Assembly (NCBI GenBank): GCA_951406725.2
Contig: OX597817.1
Location: 46,624,001 to 46,688,000 of the forward strand
Direction: 5' to 3'
Length of the DNA stretch: 64,000 nucleotides
DNA from: Octopus vulgaris
Lineage: Eukaryota
Shown in pieces: positions 1 through 16,490 of this stretch (positions within the stretch are counted from its first letter, which is position 1; every line of letters begins with the position of its first letter). The translations under genes were made by a program, and so were the position numbers. The notes below the pieces were generated by a model. It was not told where the DNA came from and searched no databases. It saw only the letters and a list, made by a program, of their open reading frames with translations.

Positions 1-589
1 AAACGGGTTTTATACAAACCAAGAAAACTGTCGCAAAATAAAAACTTAGTTTTAAATGGTTAATCGGAATATTAAACACAAAAGTACTGGTAATTTGATT
101 GAACAGAAATTCTCGTTTTTTTACATTTAATTTACTCTTTCTCTGGTTTAGGAAAGAGATCAATAAATCTATCTAGTTGAAGGGCTAGATCAATTTATCT
201 ATTTATCTGTCTATAGTTTATATACATACACGTGCCTCTATACGCAATGCATGTGGTGTTTCCAATTGTGGCTATTACAGATATATAGACGTTGACAACA
301 GGAAATGTAGATAATCCAACCATGTGTTGCAGGTCAAAAGATGATAAGCATTGGAATACATATGTGTATCTATTGAATAGTGTTAATAGGACAAGAACTA
401 AGATGATGACAATAAAAAAAATTGAGGTATGCAATATCTCATGTTCATGATGAGTGACTATTTGAAGAAGGAAATTCACTGTATTGATATACGTCTCTGA
501 ACAGTACAACTTGAATATTTCACACACATAGACACACACAAATGGTCATCGCCCTTGCGGTGGTGCGGTTAGATCCGTCAGTGCATAGA

Positions 590-925
590 CACTGAATATG
601 TAAACAAGTGCCTGTCCAACAGTGATTTCATCATCCATACTCTCAACAATACGCTCTTAAATATTGTTTCTGATTACAAATATCTTGGGTCATACATATC
701 ATCATCTGAAAAAGATTTTCTCATTAGACAGGGTGTGGTCTGGTCAGCTTGTAATGATTTGCATAAGATCTGGTCATCAAATCTAAGTAGAGATTTCAAA
801 CTTAAAATCTTCGAAGCCACAGTCGAACCAATTCTACTATATGGCTCAGAAACCTGGACGTTATCAAAGAAGCTTGAGAAGCGATTGGATGGAACTTACA
901 CTCGCCTCCTTATGAGAGCTCAAAA
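590..925 (+). mobile_element. RTE-clade LINE ORF fragment (RT C-terminal/thumb region)
   Basis: The frame reads ...VSDYKYLGSYISSSEKDFLIRQGVVWSACNDLHKIWSSNLSRDFKLKIFEATVEPILLYGSETWTLSKKLEKRLDGTYTRLLMRAQ. YKYLG and LLYGSETW are typical RTE motifs. Truncated at both ends. Confidence 0.85.
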
Positions 926-1209
926 AAGCTTACTGTTTAAACCATGTTTGTATTCTGCCAGTCAACAGCCTTATCATTACTTGTACTTTAAACTCATTGG
1001 TTGCATATTTGTGTGAATAGAATCATTTTTCTTTGACATAGAAAAAAAGTCTAACTTTATTCCTTCTTTGGCTGGTTTCTCGAATTTAGGTTAAATCAGT
1101 GTTTCTCAAAGGGGAGGCCTATGGGACGGTGGGACAAGTTGTTTTGAGAAAATTTGGTTTAAATGTTTGACAACTCAGTACTATCCATTGGACGGGGCGC
1201 GTTTTGCTC

Positions 1210-1345
<136 letters not shown>

Positions 1346-1376
1346 CTATACAATATGTTACATTACTCGGTAGTCA

Positions 1377-1439
1377 AGATAAAACTCTGAGTTTCAGATG
1401 CCGAAGTGGAAATCCACAACACCATCTCTTCGGTTATCT
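1377..1439 (-). ncRNA. Type-I hammerhead ribozyme variant in the PLE terminal region
   Basis: Minus strand: agataa CCGAAGA gatg...catct GAAA ctcagag TT ttatct. Helix I is agataa/ttatct, helix II is gatg/catc, and helix III is near-palindromic. The core has C instead of U at position 4. Confidence 0.65.
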
Positions 1440-1633
1440 GGCTATTTGAAAACGTTATGAAAAAATACCGTTAAAAATGAAGGGAAATTACTCTGTTATA
1501 ACTCTGCTTTGCCTGCGTACTTATACATCGCTCGCATTTTTCGTCATAAAAATTATATAAAAATACATAAAAATATATAAAAATATATAAAAATATATAA
1601 AATCTTCTTGGGACATAACACAGAAAGCATGTT

Positions 1634-2967
<1,334 letters not shown>

Positions 2968-3809
2968 GAGAGAGAGGGAGAGCTGTATAAAGTTACATTA
3001 TTGTCTAGTTTTCACGTTTTCTATTATGGTTTTTAACATTACAAAATATTTTTTAATGGATTGCTATTTGGTACTAATATTGCTTCTATTGTTAATGTTT
3101 AACTTTTACATTGAGATTTCTTGATACTGTATTTAGGCCATTTTTAGATAGCAAAAATTTCGAGACCGCCACCACCCCGTAGATATGTCATTGGAGTAAG
3201 TGATAGCATTCTTATTTTGATGCAAGGGCGCTTTGAGTTGGATCGCAAAGGATGATAGTAATAGAAATAGATAAAACAAAATCAACGCCCAATTTTAAAA
3301 TTACACAAATATAAGTATTGACAAATTTCAATATATGCCTAATGCCTGATACATGAGGGTTTCGCTTTTAAGAAATTCACTAGGCTTTACCAGTGTATAG
3401 TTTTCAAACCCAAGACCGATGTGTTATCACTAATAACGACATTCCAATGATCCATTGCGGCCTACAGCAAAACGCATATGACACAATGATATTATTCCTG
3501 CATTATTCTGATAATGGAATTGTGAGGGACTCAAACGTTAATGGTCTAATGGATTTCGGAACGCTATTATTGCAGGATAAACTTACAGCAATAAAGAACT
3601 CATACATATCGCACACAAAAACACAAACGCGCACACATACATATATAAGTATGGGTGTGTGTGTGTATATCTGCGTGACTGTGAGTATGTTGTGTACATA
3701 CATAGATATACACACAAACTTATATATATATGAATATATGTATATAATGTATATGTAGGGAGAGAGAGAGGAGGAGAGAAAGAGAGGGAGAAAGAGATAT
3801 GCACATGCA

Positions 3810-3943
3810 TATATACGGATAATATACATGGCATAAATATATAATATGTAACATGAATATATAAACATATATACATTTATATACATATATCTATCTATCT
3901 GTCTTTCTTATTATACATATCTATCCATCTATCTATCTATGTA

Positions 3944-3979
<36 letters not shown>

Positions 3980-4011
3980 TGTATATATATGTATGTATGT
4001 ATATATATGTA

Positions 4012-4047
<36 letters not shown>

Positions 4048-4281
4048 TGTATGTATATATATATGTATGTATATATATATATGTATATATGTATGTATGT
4101 ATGTATGTATATATATATATATATGCATATATGTATGTATGTATATATATGTATATATGTATGTATATATATACATATATATATGTATGTATATACATAT
4201 ACGTATATACACGCATATATATGTATATATATGTATATATATGTATATACACGCATATATATATATAACATAAATTTTATG

Positions 4282-4330
<49 letters not shown>

Positions 4331-4576
4331 ATATATTTATATCTATAATGAATAGCGGTTTTAATACATCAACATTTAAGGGCAGATTAATTTGTATATG
4401 CATTTATATATGTGTGGATGTAGTAGGTATGTGTATTTATGTGTTTGTGTGTGAGTGTGAATGTGTGTGTGTGTGGTGGGTGTGCATACTGCGAGTGAGA
4501 GAGAAATAGAAAGACAGTAAGCAGGCAATCAGGCTCAATGTCTGACAGTCAGACTAACAAGCAGACAGACAGAAAG

Positions 4577-4610
<34 letters not shown>

Positions 4611-4611
4611 T

Positions 4612-4696
<85 letters not shown>

Positions 4697-4910
4697 CGTG
4701 AAAGATATTCAGCTAATGTAAACCATTCACTTATTGCTAATGTGTGGAGAATTTACAAACATATATCTTAACGAATAGTAAAAAATATTATTAACATTAT
4801 TCCTTTTTTCCCATTATTTTTCCATTATGGCAATTCGCCTTAAGATCAAAACGCAACGTTATTGTTTTGTGGTGTTGAATTTTATTTGTCTAGTTACTGA
4901 CTACACAGGC

Positions 4911-4967
<57 letters not shown>

Positions 4968-5009
4968 TGTATGTGTGTATGTATGTATGTATGTATGTAT
5001 GTATGTATG

Positions 5010-5047
<38 letters not shown>

Positions 5048-5165
5048 CGCGCATATACACATATACACTCACTGACATACTCATACTTACACGATTGCAC
5101 ACAGTCGCGCACGGGAACACACATACATGCATTGTCACAGGATTATATGCATGTGTCTATGTGTG

Positions 5166-5216
<51 letters not shown>

Positions 5217-5378
5217 GAATATAATTTATATATTATTTAAACATATATATATATATATATATATGAATATGTATATATTCACGAGTGTGTGTGTACATGG
5301 ACACACATGCGTACAACCCCACTCACACATACTTTCACTATTCACATGTTCGGCGAAAATATTATCAAGCTTATATAA

Positions 5379-5434
<56 letters not shown>

Positions 5435-5444
5435 GCGCAATGGG

Positions 5445-5483
<39 letters not shown>

Positions 5484-5923
5484 GAGGTACTTTAGTAGCT
5501 ATAGACATGTAGATAAATACATATATACATATATTTATTCATGTATGTATGTATATAATAGAAATGTATATGTGCATGTTTATATACATACATTAACGCG
5601 CAAGTGCGAGCTTACTTGCCCTTGCGCGCGTGTGTGTATAAACATATACATAGAAAGACAAACTACGGTGGGGTCACTTGACTCCGTCTAATTGTTCAGC
5701 TTATTTCGTCAGTCCCTGCACTGGCTTATTGATGGTGAGGTAAGAAAAAAAAAACAACACATATGAAATACGCTGGCTGTGTTGTTTTTACTGTTACTTC
5801 TCATCGCTTTGTTAAATATACAAAAAAATATACAAAAAAAGACGTATACAAAGCCACATCAAAACATGTTATGCAAATATTAATTCTACACATACACTCT
5901 CACACAAGCACATACATATGGAT

Positions 5924-5962
<39 letters not shown>

Positions 5963-5973
5963 AATATATACGT

Positions 5974-6039
<66 letters not shown>

Positions 6040-6188
6040 TTGTATGTACATATATATGTGTATGCATATATATACATGTATATATATGTTTGTATGTGTC
6101 TGGTAAGTGTATAAGTATACACATATATTTGTATACATATATATATTAATGTGACAACACACACACACACACACAAATACACACACAA

Positions 6189-6237
<49 letters not shown>

Positions 6238-6427
6238 CGCACACACACACGTATATATGTGTGTATAGATATATACATATATATGTACGTAGCTATGCAT
6301 AAATGCATATATACAAATGTATATACGTATAGATATATCTCTGTGTATTTGTATACAGACACATGCCACACACATATACATACATAAATATATATATATA
6401 AATATAAATAAATAAATAAATAAATAA

Positions 6428-6485
<58 letters not shown>

Positions 6486-6515
6486 TGCGGAGACATGTGT
6501 GTGTGTGTGTGTGTA
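3810..6515. repeat. Compound microsatellite region: (TA)n, (TATG)n, (GATA)n, (CA)n, (GA)n
   Basis: Direct reading. The ORF-track YI/YV/TH-rich peptides here are translations of the repeats. Confidence 0.95.
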
Positions 6516-7364
6516 TGTCAAAGAAGGTGAAAAAAGCGCCATTTGCGCGAAAATAAAGTGGAAAGTTACATTCTTACATGTATGCCCATGGCTATCAATA
6601 TCAATAGCGATTCTTCAAAAGCGTACTGATTTATTTGTAAAAAGTTTCTGTTTTCTTTTTTGTTTTGTTTTTTTGGTTTTTGTTTTTTCTCTTTCTTCCA
6701 TGTCACGTTTTACGCGTTGCTTATTAGGATTGCATTAGACATCACAATAACACAATAGCGACAGCGTCAACAACAAACAACTGCTCCAACAACAACACGG
6801 CCATTAATAATATCAACAATACATATATATATATATGTATATAAGAAAAAAAAAGATAATGTAAATAGTACGAAGAACTAAATGTGATAAGGTCTTCTAA
6901 GAAAGTAGCCTTATCAAATGTGTTCAGAGTAAATGAAAAATAATAGAAATAATAACTGGAACATCGAAGACAGCGAAGACAGAAATGTCTTGCTGATAGG
7001 GCAACTATCATCAGCTAATATACTCGCGAAAATCATGTATGTATATGTATGTACATTGATATTTGCACTTACATACACGCATACTTACATTACTATATGT
7101 CAAAGTATACATACTTACATACAAATATATATATATATAAATATATATATCCATATACATATATATATATATATATATTCTTTGACTCTTTTACTCTTTT
7201 ACTTGTTTCAGTCATTCGACTGCAGCCATGCTGGAGCACCGCCTTTAGTCGAGCAAATAGTATTTTTTTCGCATTTTTATTTTTTATTTCTTATCTTATT
7301 TTTGTAATTTTTATATTTGTAATTTTTATTCTTTATTTTTTATTATAATTTTTTATTTGAATTA

Positions 7365-7646
7365 AATTATGGTTTGTACTATAGGGTCCGGCGAACCTAT
7401 TTTACACATACTTATGGGTTTAAAAAAATCAAAATATAGTTTATAGTATTGAACTATGAGAAAGTGATATAGGAGCCTGATGACTGGGGTTATATTTTAA
7501 GAATGGTCCCAGCAAAACACGGTGTGGTTTAGGAACCGGGAAATGTATCTCATGAAACGTGTGTAGCCAAGTTATAAAGTAGTAGGTATTTAAACTAAAA
7601 ATTCATTTTTATATGGTGTGATGAAGGGGCCTACTATCTCTAAATG

Positions 7647-7650
<4 letters not shown>
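7365..7650 (+). mobile_element. Short PLE-terminal-repeat-like module with a degenerate hammerhead (7473-7530)
   Basis: gagc CTGATGA ctggg...cccag c AAAA cacggtg TG gttt. The module ends in (TA)n. Confidence 0.5.
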
Positions 7651-7688
<38 letters not shown>

Positions 7689-7689
<1 letters not shown>

Positions 7690-8300
7690 TCTTTCTAGAG
7701 AATCAGATGTCCTATTATGGCCATCTCTTATATGTTTGAATGTATATTACATAGTCTATTGACTATTTTTCTTTCTCGCTAGACCGCCGGTAGCGGAGAA
7801 TTTTTCTAGAATTTTTTTGCTACCCTAAAATTTATTTATTAATGATAAAAAGATTTTTTGGCTAATTTTGAAATTAAATCGGCAGTTTATATTTACTGCT
7901 GAGAAAACCGCGCGAGTGTGATGGATTTTGAAAAGTTATAGCATATAGACTCGAGGCATGGTCCTTATCGCCTCGTGCCTATATGCTAGCCTTCGTTTTC
8001 TGCTGAAGAGGCAACGCTAATCGTAAATAATGTTATTTTATTTACAAAAGATTGCCGAAACTATGCATAGGCCAGAAAAGATAGGGTAAACGATTTTTAT
8101 TTCTCTTTCCATTTCAGAATTAAAACTATTAGTGGTTTGGAGTTCAACTGCTCTTTCTAGTGAGTCAGATGTCCTATTATGGCCATCTCTTATATGTTTG
8201 AATGTATATTACGTTGTCTATTGACTATTTTGTTCTTTCTCACTGGACCGCTGGTAGCGGAGAATTTTTCTAGTATTTTTTTGCTACCCTAAAATTTATT
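7689..8300 (+). mobile_element. Non-coding retrozyme-like / non-autonomous PLE unit: 462-bp period, ~150-bp terminal direct repeat, central hammerhead
   Basis: 7689-7836 is repeated at 8151-8300 (ctctttctag...gctaccctaaaatttatt). A hammerhead lies at 7996-8079 and a hairpin at ~7939-7988. (TA)n flanks both sides. Confidence 0.75.
7996..8079 (+). ncRNA. Type-I hammerhead ribozyme with palindromic helix III
   Basis: ttttctg CTGAAGA ggcaa...ttgcc GAAA ctatgcatag GC cagaaaa. Helix I is a perfect 7 bp and helix II is 5 bp. U16.1 is replaced by G. Confidence 0.8.
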
Positions 8301-8402
8301 AATATATATATATATATATAAGTAGGTGAATGAATTATCCTATGTTTATCGTCAGCATGGAAATCATCGAAACTTTTGTTTGTCTTGTTGTTGAGAGAGG
8401 CT

Positions 8403-8496
8403 CCTTTTCTTTCCTGATGAGAAGATTGCATAATGTACCCTTTATTTCTTCGGAATGAAAATATGCTGTCTTCGAAACATGTGTCGAGAGTAAAGG
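8403..8496 (+). ncRNA. Type-I hammerhead ribozyme with canonical core; predicted cleavage after C8485 (GUC)
   Basis: ccttttctttc CTGATGA gaaga..gcata...c-ttcg-g...tatgc..tcttc GAAA catgtg TC gagagtaaagg. It sits in a ~220-bp module (8320-8540) bounded by TA repeats. Confidence 0.85.
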
Positions 8497-8539
8497 AATT
8501 TTGTTAACATCTTCGTTCGACTCCATTCTTTCATTTATT

Positions 8540-8623
<84 letters not shown>

Positions 8624-8627
<4 letters not shown>

Positions 8628-9001
8628 ACGGGTTTAACTAGTGCAGTGTTTCTGACCCACATCGTGGATATGGTTCCAGTATGTCTGGTGAAAATGTGAC
8701 AGTCTTTTGTCTAATGGAGGATTAATGGGTTTTGGAATGACCTGTGACCTCGTGCGGCTGAGAAGAGGGTCAGGAGAATGTGAAAGAGGAAGACAGATTA
8801 AGGGAATCTAAGAGCAGATGGAGAGGGTATTGACAGTAAGAGAGAAGGACAGGCAGAGAGTATGGTAGAGCTGTCATGAGAGAGATAGAGTATAAGACTA
8901 AGGGACAGTTAGAGAGGGTATGAGCGGTACAGAGGGAGATGAGGGAGTGGAAGAAGCACAGAGACGAAGTGAGGTCTTGGCAGTCGTTGAGCGGTCGTCG
9001 A
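8624..9001 (+). mobile_element. Possible LTR (one end) of an LTR retrotransposon, cut by the assembly gap
   Basis: Starts abruptly with TGTTACGGG after (TA)n and has a GA-rich interior. The other end is lost in Ns, so TG...CA cannot be confirmed. Confidence 0.35.
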
Positions 9002-9101
9002 NNNNNNNNNNNNNNNNNNNNNNNNNNNNNNNNNNNNNNNNNNNNNNNNNNNNNNNNNNNNNNNNNNNNNNNNNNNNNNNNNNNNNNNNNNNNNNNNNNN
9101 N
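9002..9101. other. Assembly gap (100 N)
   Basis: Run of N characters. Confidence 1.
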
Positions 9102-10429
9102 TTTTGTTGACTGTAGTTTTGTGCCTTTTCATAGTATGTTATGTCTTCCAGCATAGAAAGTACCAAAGTTATGTAAAATGTCGTATCCATTAAGACAACA
9201 GCACTCCCTTTATCGGCCTCTTTGATTGTTATTGTTTTATCTAGTTTTAATTTGTTCAACTCAGCCCATTCTTTTTTGCTGAAGTTTGGTTTGTGTTTTT
9301 GTTTGTGCATATGTTGATATGGGTAATTTGATATGTGGTCACAGAAATCATCAAGTGTTTTATTCTTACCTTTCGAGGGGGTGTAGTTACTCCTATTTCT
9401 GGCTAACGATTCGTCCTCGTTGTATTTATCGTATAGCTCCTCAGTAAGTCTTAATTTTCTGCAGAATTCTGCGATGTCTTCTTTCATTTCATTGTAGTTG
9501 GGGTGTTGTGGGGTGGGTGTAAACTTGAGTCCTTTGGAAAGTATGTTTATTTGGTTTGCTGTTAGTTCCTTGTGAGTTAGATTAATAATTTTTATTACTT
9601 TTGGTTCCTCCTGCTTGTTTGGTGCTATCTTGTGTCTCTGTGTTTGCGTATTGGGTCTAAAAAATGAATGCGGTGGTTGGGACGGTAGCTAGTATATAGT
9701 TGTTCTTTGTTGATTAGGGGTCTCCTGTTGTGATTTGTGGTGTGTGTTCTTGGAGCAGTATTGAGGAGAGCATCCCGATATCCCATATTCGGGTGTGGTG
9801 TTCTAGGAGGCCTTCGTTGGTAATCATTGCAAGTGGTGTGGGTTTGTTGTGCATGGTTGTTTAACCGGTTAATGGGACGAAGATTTCGTTGGTAACTCCT
9901 TTGGGTGGGGATGAGGTTGCAGTGTCTATGCTGTGGGTGTTGATTTATCCTTTCTCTGCTTGAAGTGGGGGTATTCCTGATATTGTATCGCTGGCTGCTT
10001 ACAGAGTTGGGGTTAGGTCCTGTATTCTTTTTTTGATAGTAGTGAAGGTTCCGATTTTTAGACGGGTGTGTATCGGTGTTTGGGTGTTGTTTTGGTTTTC
10101 TTATTTTCTGGAAAGGGTTGTTGGAGGCGTGCTCTGTTTGAAAGACGGCTTCATAGTCTGAGAACCAAGTGGCGCTTTTCTCCCAGCGTTGGAGAGATTT
10201 TAGTTCTTCTTTTTCACAGTCCTCTTTCCATAGTTTGGAGAACTTCTCTTGATCTGGGCCTTGGGTCATTTTGCGAATTTCTTCGTTGATATCTTCATCG
10301 GTGGATTTTATTTTATCCTCATTCGTTTGGGCCCTCAATTTCAGAAGTTCTATTTCCATTTTCATTTTTTCCAGTGCCATTCTCTCCCTGAGGTGTCTTT
10401 GTGTTTCAGGTTCTTCTGTAATAGCTTTG

Positions 10430-10430
<1 letters not shown>
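9102..10430 (-). mobile_element. Penelope-like element 5' portion: coiled-coil-like upstream ORF (9625-10380) plus N-terminal/DKG region of the RT ORF
   Basis: The RT frame reads KIINLTHKELTANQINILSKGLKFTPTP...FCRKLRL...ITIKEADKGSAVVLMD, matching the PLE L-KGL-F-P and DKG motifs. It runs into the gap. Confidence 0.88.
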
Positions 10431-13365
<2,935 letters not shown>

Positions 13366-13460
13366 GTCACGTGCAAAATATCGGCGTCCTCCGTCAACGC
13401 AGCCGCCACCAATCCATGCTGGCGTAGACCAATGACGTCATCAGCTAGTCTGCTAATATA
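13366..13460. promoter_or_regulatory. CpG-rich cis-regulatory cluster: E-box, half-CRE, two CCAAT boxes, full CRE
   Basis: GTCACGTG 13366-13373, CGTCA 13392-13396, CCAAT at 13409 and 13429, ATGACGTCAT 13432-13441. These sit in unique CpG-dense sequence between microsatellites. Confidence 0.5.
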
Positions 13461-13697
13461 TGCAATTAGTTGTCAAAGCCTACTGCTGCAATCTTTTACT
13501 GCAATCTTCCACTACAAAAACTTCCACTGCAATCCCACCCACCCATTGCGATTTTCCACGCTGCAAACTCAAACCCCCCACTCCCACCACCCGTATTCTA
13601 CCTTTCTGATTTTTCCGCAACTATCTCTATCCACCCTTGTCTCTCGTAATAACAATTTCGACCGCTACCATCCCCCCAGTACAATAAGCACTAGCCC

Positions 13698-13801
13698 CCA
13701 CCACCACCACCACCACCACTACCACCACCACCACCATCATCACCATCATCATCTTCAACATCATCACCACCGTCATCATCGTCATCATCATCATCATCAT
13801 C

Positions 13802-13856
<55 letters not shown>

Positions 13857-14100
13857 ACATCATCATCAACATCATCATCATCATCATTATCATCATCACC
13901 ATCATCATCAACATCATCACCACCATCATTATCCTCATCACCATCATCATCATCATCATCATCATCACCATCATCCTCACCATCATCATCATCACCACCA
14001 CCATCATCATCATCATCATCATCATCATCACAACCATCATCATCAACATCATCAACACCATCATCATCATCATCATCATTATCATCATCATCACCATCAA

Positions 14101-14135
<35 letters not shown>

Positions 14136-14157
14136 ACATCATCATCATCACCATCAA

Positions 14158-14201
<44 letters not shown>

Positions 14202-14220
14202 ACATCATCATCACCACGAC
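13698..14220. repeat. (CAT/CAC/CAA)n trinucleotide microsatellite
   Basis: Direct reading. It produces the poly-His and poly-Met pseudo-ORFs. Confidence 0.95.
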
Positions 14221-14448
14221 TACCATATCGCTGCTACTACCATCGCTACTGCTTCAAAAACCCACCACCCTCATTACAATCACCGCAGCTATGCCACCGC
14301 CACTGCCGCTAGTTTGATACCCACCCGCTTGCAGGTACACTTATTTACGACTGTCAACTCTTAGCATTACCACCCGTATCATTGCTTTTAGCTACACCAA
14401 TTCAGCGCAGCACTAACAACATCCATACCACTTGTTAATACCACTAAC

Positions 14449-14540
14449 CATTATGGAGCCGAAGAAGGAACACCTGTACGTGGTCAATTGTTCTACTAGA
14501 AATAGCAACCAAATTTCCGTCATTTTTATATCCGGCCGTC
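14449..14540 (-). other. Candidate 92-nt exon of an unidentified host gene
   Basis: Strong acceptor tcttttctttttctttttag| and donor ATG|gttagt. Two frames are open ([30 protein letters not shown] and [30 protein letters not shown]). No recognised homology. Confidence 0.35.
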
Positions 14541-15541
14541 CTAAAAAGAAAAAGAAAAGAACGGACGTGTTAAATAATGCAGTCCAGATTCTCACACAGA
14601 CACACACACACACACGCACACACACACACACACATACGCACGCACGCACGCACACACACACATACATAGATACACACACACACATACGTGCTCTAACACA
14701 TTCTCACACGTTCACACAAAGGAAAATCTGAGATGGTCAGGTCAAAGGTGGAACGGTTTTGATTTAGGCCCGCAACCTCATGGTTGACCTAGGGTTATAC
14801 AACAACAGCATTAATAACGACAACAACAACAACTACTACTACTACTACTACTACTATTACTACTGCTGCTACTACTGCTACCATCATCATTAATATCACC
14901 ATCTCCACCATCACAAACGTCTCCTACTCTCTCAAATGCCATTGATATGATCAGCATCCCCGCCGCCTTCATCACCACTATCACCGCCATCACCACCATC
15001 ATCGCCATCATCATCACTGTCACCAACATCACATCTACTGTGACTGACACTTTCACTGCAACCACTAACACCCCCCCCCCCCACACTTCAAATCCCCAAA
15101 CCTAACATTACCACCACCACCACCAACACACCACCACCGCCACCACCACCATTGCTACTATTAATATTTATACCGTCACAATTCAGCCGGCACCAAATCT
15201 TTAAATCCGACATCACCACCACCGTCAACACCACCCCACCATCACTACCATCACAACCACCGCCGCCGCCACCACTACCATCATCACCATCGCTCCTTCC
15301 GCCACTTTCATAGTATCTACATTACCACTTCTTCCTCTTTATCTACTACCACCACCGCCACCACCACCACCACAACCGCCACGATTTAATACAGCTGGTA
15401 GAACCCTCTCTAGCATTCTGCTACCACAACCATCCTTGTGACTACTGCTACCGCTACTGCAACGCTAAACACTCCCACCATCACCACTACTATCGTTATC
15501 ACTTGTATCATCACTGCTGCTTCAACCGCTACTATAACTAC

Positions 15542-15573
<32 letters not shown>

Positions 15574-15727
15574 CCACCACACCAGCACAAGCACTCCCAC
15601 CATCACCACTCTGCAGCTGCTACTACTATTATTACTACTGCTGCTGCTGCTGATACTTCACGCCACTGTTACTAGTCTTCTTGCAACCACTGACAACATT
15701 ATTAGTACTGTTCTTCATATTGTGAAC

Positions 15728-16490
15728 AAGGCAGAGAGGTGGCAGAACCGTTGGACAAACTGCTTTGCAGCGTTTATTCCGGTTCATTACTTCCTGAGTT
15801 CAAATAACAGTGTCATCGATTTTGTCTTTCTTTATTTTCAGGGTCGATGAAATAAATTACCAATTGGTCACTGGGGTCGATGTAATAATACCTTCCCCCA
15901 CAAATTGCTGGTCTTTTGCTGAAATTTGAAACGTTTATGTTCTGAGTTCAAATTCCTCTGAGGTCGACTTTGCCTTTCATGTCTTTCGGGGTCGATAAAT
16001 TAAGTACCAGTTACGCATTAGGGTCGATGTAATCGACTTAATCCGTTTGTCTGTCCTTGTTTGTCACCTCTATGTTTTGCCCCTTGTGGGCAATAAAGAA
16101 ATTAAAAAAAACGTTAGCACGCCAGGTGAAATGTTTAGCGGTAATTCGTATGTCTTTACGTTCTGAGTTCAAATTCCGCCGAAGTTGACTTTGCTTTTCA
16201 TCATTTCGGGGTCGATAAATTAAGTACCAGTTGCGTACTGGAGTCGACCTAATCGACTTTCCCCCTCCACAAAGTTTCTAGCCTTGTGCCTAGAGTAGAA
16301 AAGAAGATCACTTGTAAGAAAAAAGCGGTGCGCTAGCAGAATCGTTAGCAATCCGGACAAAATGCTAGCGACATTTCGTCCGCCTTTACGTTTTGAGTTA
16401 AAATGCTGCCGAGGTTAACTTTGCCTTTCCTCATTTCGGGGTCGATAAATGAAGTACCAGTTGAGTAATGGGGTCGTTGTAGTCGATTTA
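15728..16490 (+). mobile_element. Cluster of tRNA-derived SINE family A copies
   Basis: Repeated units of gttctgagttcaaattccgccgaggtcgactttgcctttcatcctttcggggtcgataaattaagtaccag, with B-box GTTCAAATTCC. Confidence 0.85.

Noticed and set aside
333-426. Possible plus-strand exon (ttgcag|...gag|gtatgc), and a 40-nt one at 5700-5739
   Set aside because: Splice-like motifs only, with weak polypyrimidine tracts and no supporting protein similarity.
3497-3576. Hammerhead-like fold cctgca..CTGATAA...GGAA..tgcagg
   Set aside because: Both core boxes are mutated and helix II is weak, so it cannot be distinguished from chance.
6535-6552. Adjacent YY1-like (CGCCAT) and E2F-like (GCGCGAAA) motifs
   Set aside because: Two short motifs without further promoter context are insufficient.
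13432-14364. 310-aa poly-histidine ORF starting inside the CRE
   Set aside because: It is open only because (CAT/CAC)n has no stops in that frame. The flanks show no protein-like signal, and similar tracts occur elsewhere in the window.
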